Shown here: in pieces, positions 63,469 to 64,000 of the stretch | How the letters are laid out: every line of letters begins with the position of its first letter | Position numbering within the stretch: position 1 is the first letter of the stretch | Assembly (NCBI RefSeq): GCF_009914755.1 | Contig: NC_060926.1 | DNA from: the human T2T-CHM13v2.0 reference genome, Homo sapiens | Length of the DNA stretch: 64,000 nucleotides | Reading direction: 5' to 3' (one strand) | Position numbers and translations under genes: made by a program | The notes under the pieces: generated by a model | What the model saw: the letters and a program-made list of their open reading frames with translations, nothing else | What the model was told of the DNA's origin: nothing | Databases searched by the model: none

Positions 63469-64000
63469 GAATTTGGTACCTGAAAGTAAGATAAGTGTTA
63501 TAATAAAACCAAAAGTATGTGGCATCGGTTTGGAGATGACCAGCAGCCTTGAAGATGCTATTGGTAAAGGCTCAAAAGAAAATGAGTACACTGTTATTGG
63601 TGGTGGAAGAAAGCAGACCCTGGCTATGTAGCTGTGGAAAGTTTGGCAATACTGTTGCCTGTGGTAACATAAAAAGTTGTCAATGTACCTAATAAACTTA
63701 ATGGTCTAGCTAAGGAGACATCTGAGCAGAGTGTTGAAGATGCTGCCTGGCTTCTTCTAGCTGCCTATAATAAAATGAGAGATGAGACAGATGAACTAAA
63801 GAACAAAATATTAGGGTTTTTTTTTTTAGTAGAATTTGGAAAAAACATAAAGGCTCAAGGTAGTCTTATATCCCACAAAATATCCATAAAATAAAATATA
63901 GCTGCAAGGCAAAGATCAAATCCTGGGCATTACCAGTAAAATATTACCCTGGGGAATCCAGGTAGGGCTGAAAGTTTCTTTATTAAGATGTTAGAAGGAC
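63469..64000 (+). mobile_element. MLT1-internal sequence (continues past window end)
   Basis: PBS-like gaatttggtacctgaaag right after the LTR; tctagctaaggagacatctgagcagagtgttgaagatgctgcctggcttcttctagctgc. Confidence 0.78.

Overview
Human non-coding genomic DNA: it carries an AluYa5 with all five diagnostic bases and an AluYb-lineage copy, both essentially human-specific. I found no supportable protein-coding gene, RNA gene or CpG island; the ORF track consists of Alu/L1/ERV-derived or chance ORFs. The first 28 kb is mostly nested LINE-1: a 5'-inverted L1MA fragment, a near full-length L1MA, and a rearranged L1PA16/L1PB-like element hosting an L1PA13, MSTB and MER9 solo LTRs, Alus and an LTR-less ERV1 internal piece. 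The remainder is AT-rich sequence with MIR/L2, MaLR LTRs, hAT DNA transposons, HAL1 and a two-LTR ERVL (LTR16A/HERV16) provirus. I cannot support a novel biological system here. The most notable observations are structural: a scrambled L1 with an inverted ORF2 block beside captured ERV sequence, a TSD-flanked ~56-bp retrocopy of an LTR poly(A) region, two ~160-bp inverted duplications, a ~25-nt young L1 remnant, several short tandem duplications and a candidate PBX-HOX-MEIS motif cluster. Subfamily names are from recalled consensus sequences and should be confirmed with RepeatMasker/Dfam; boundaries without TSDs are approximate.
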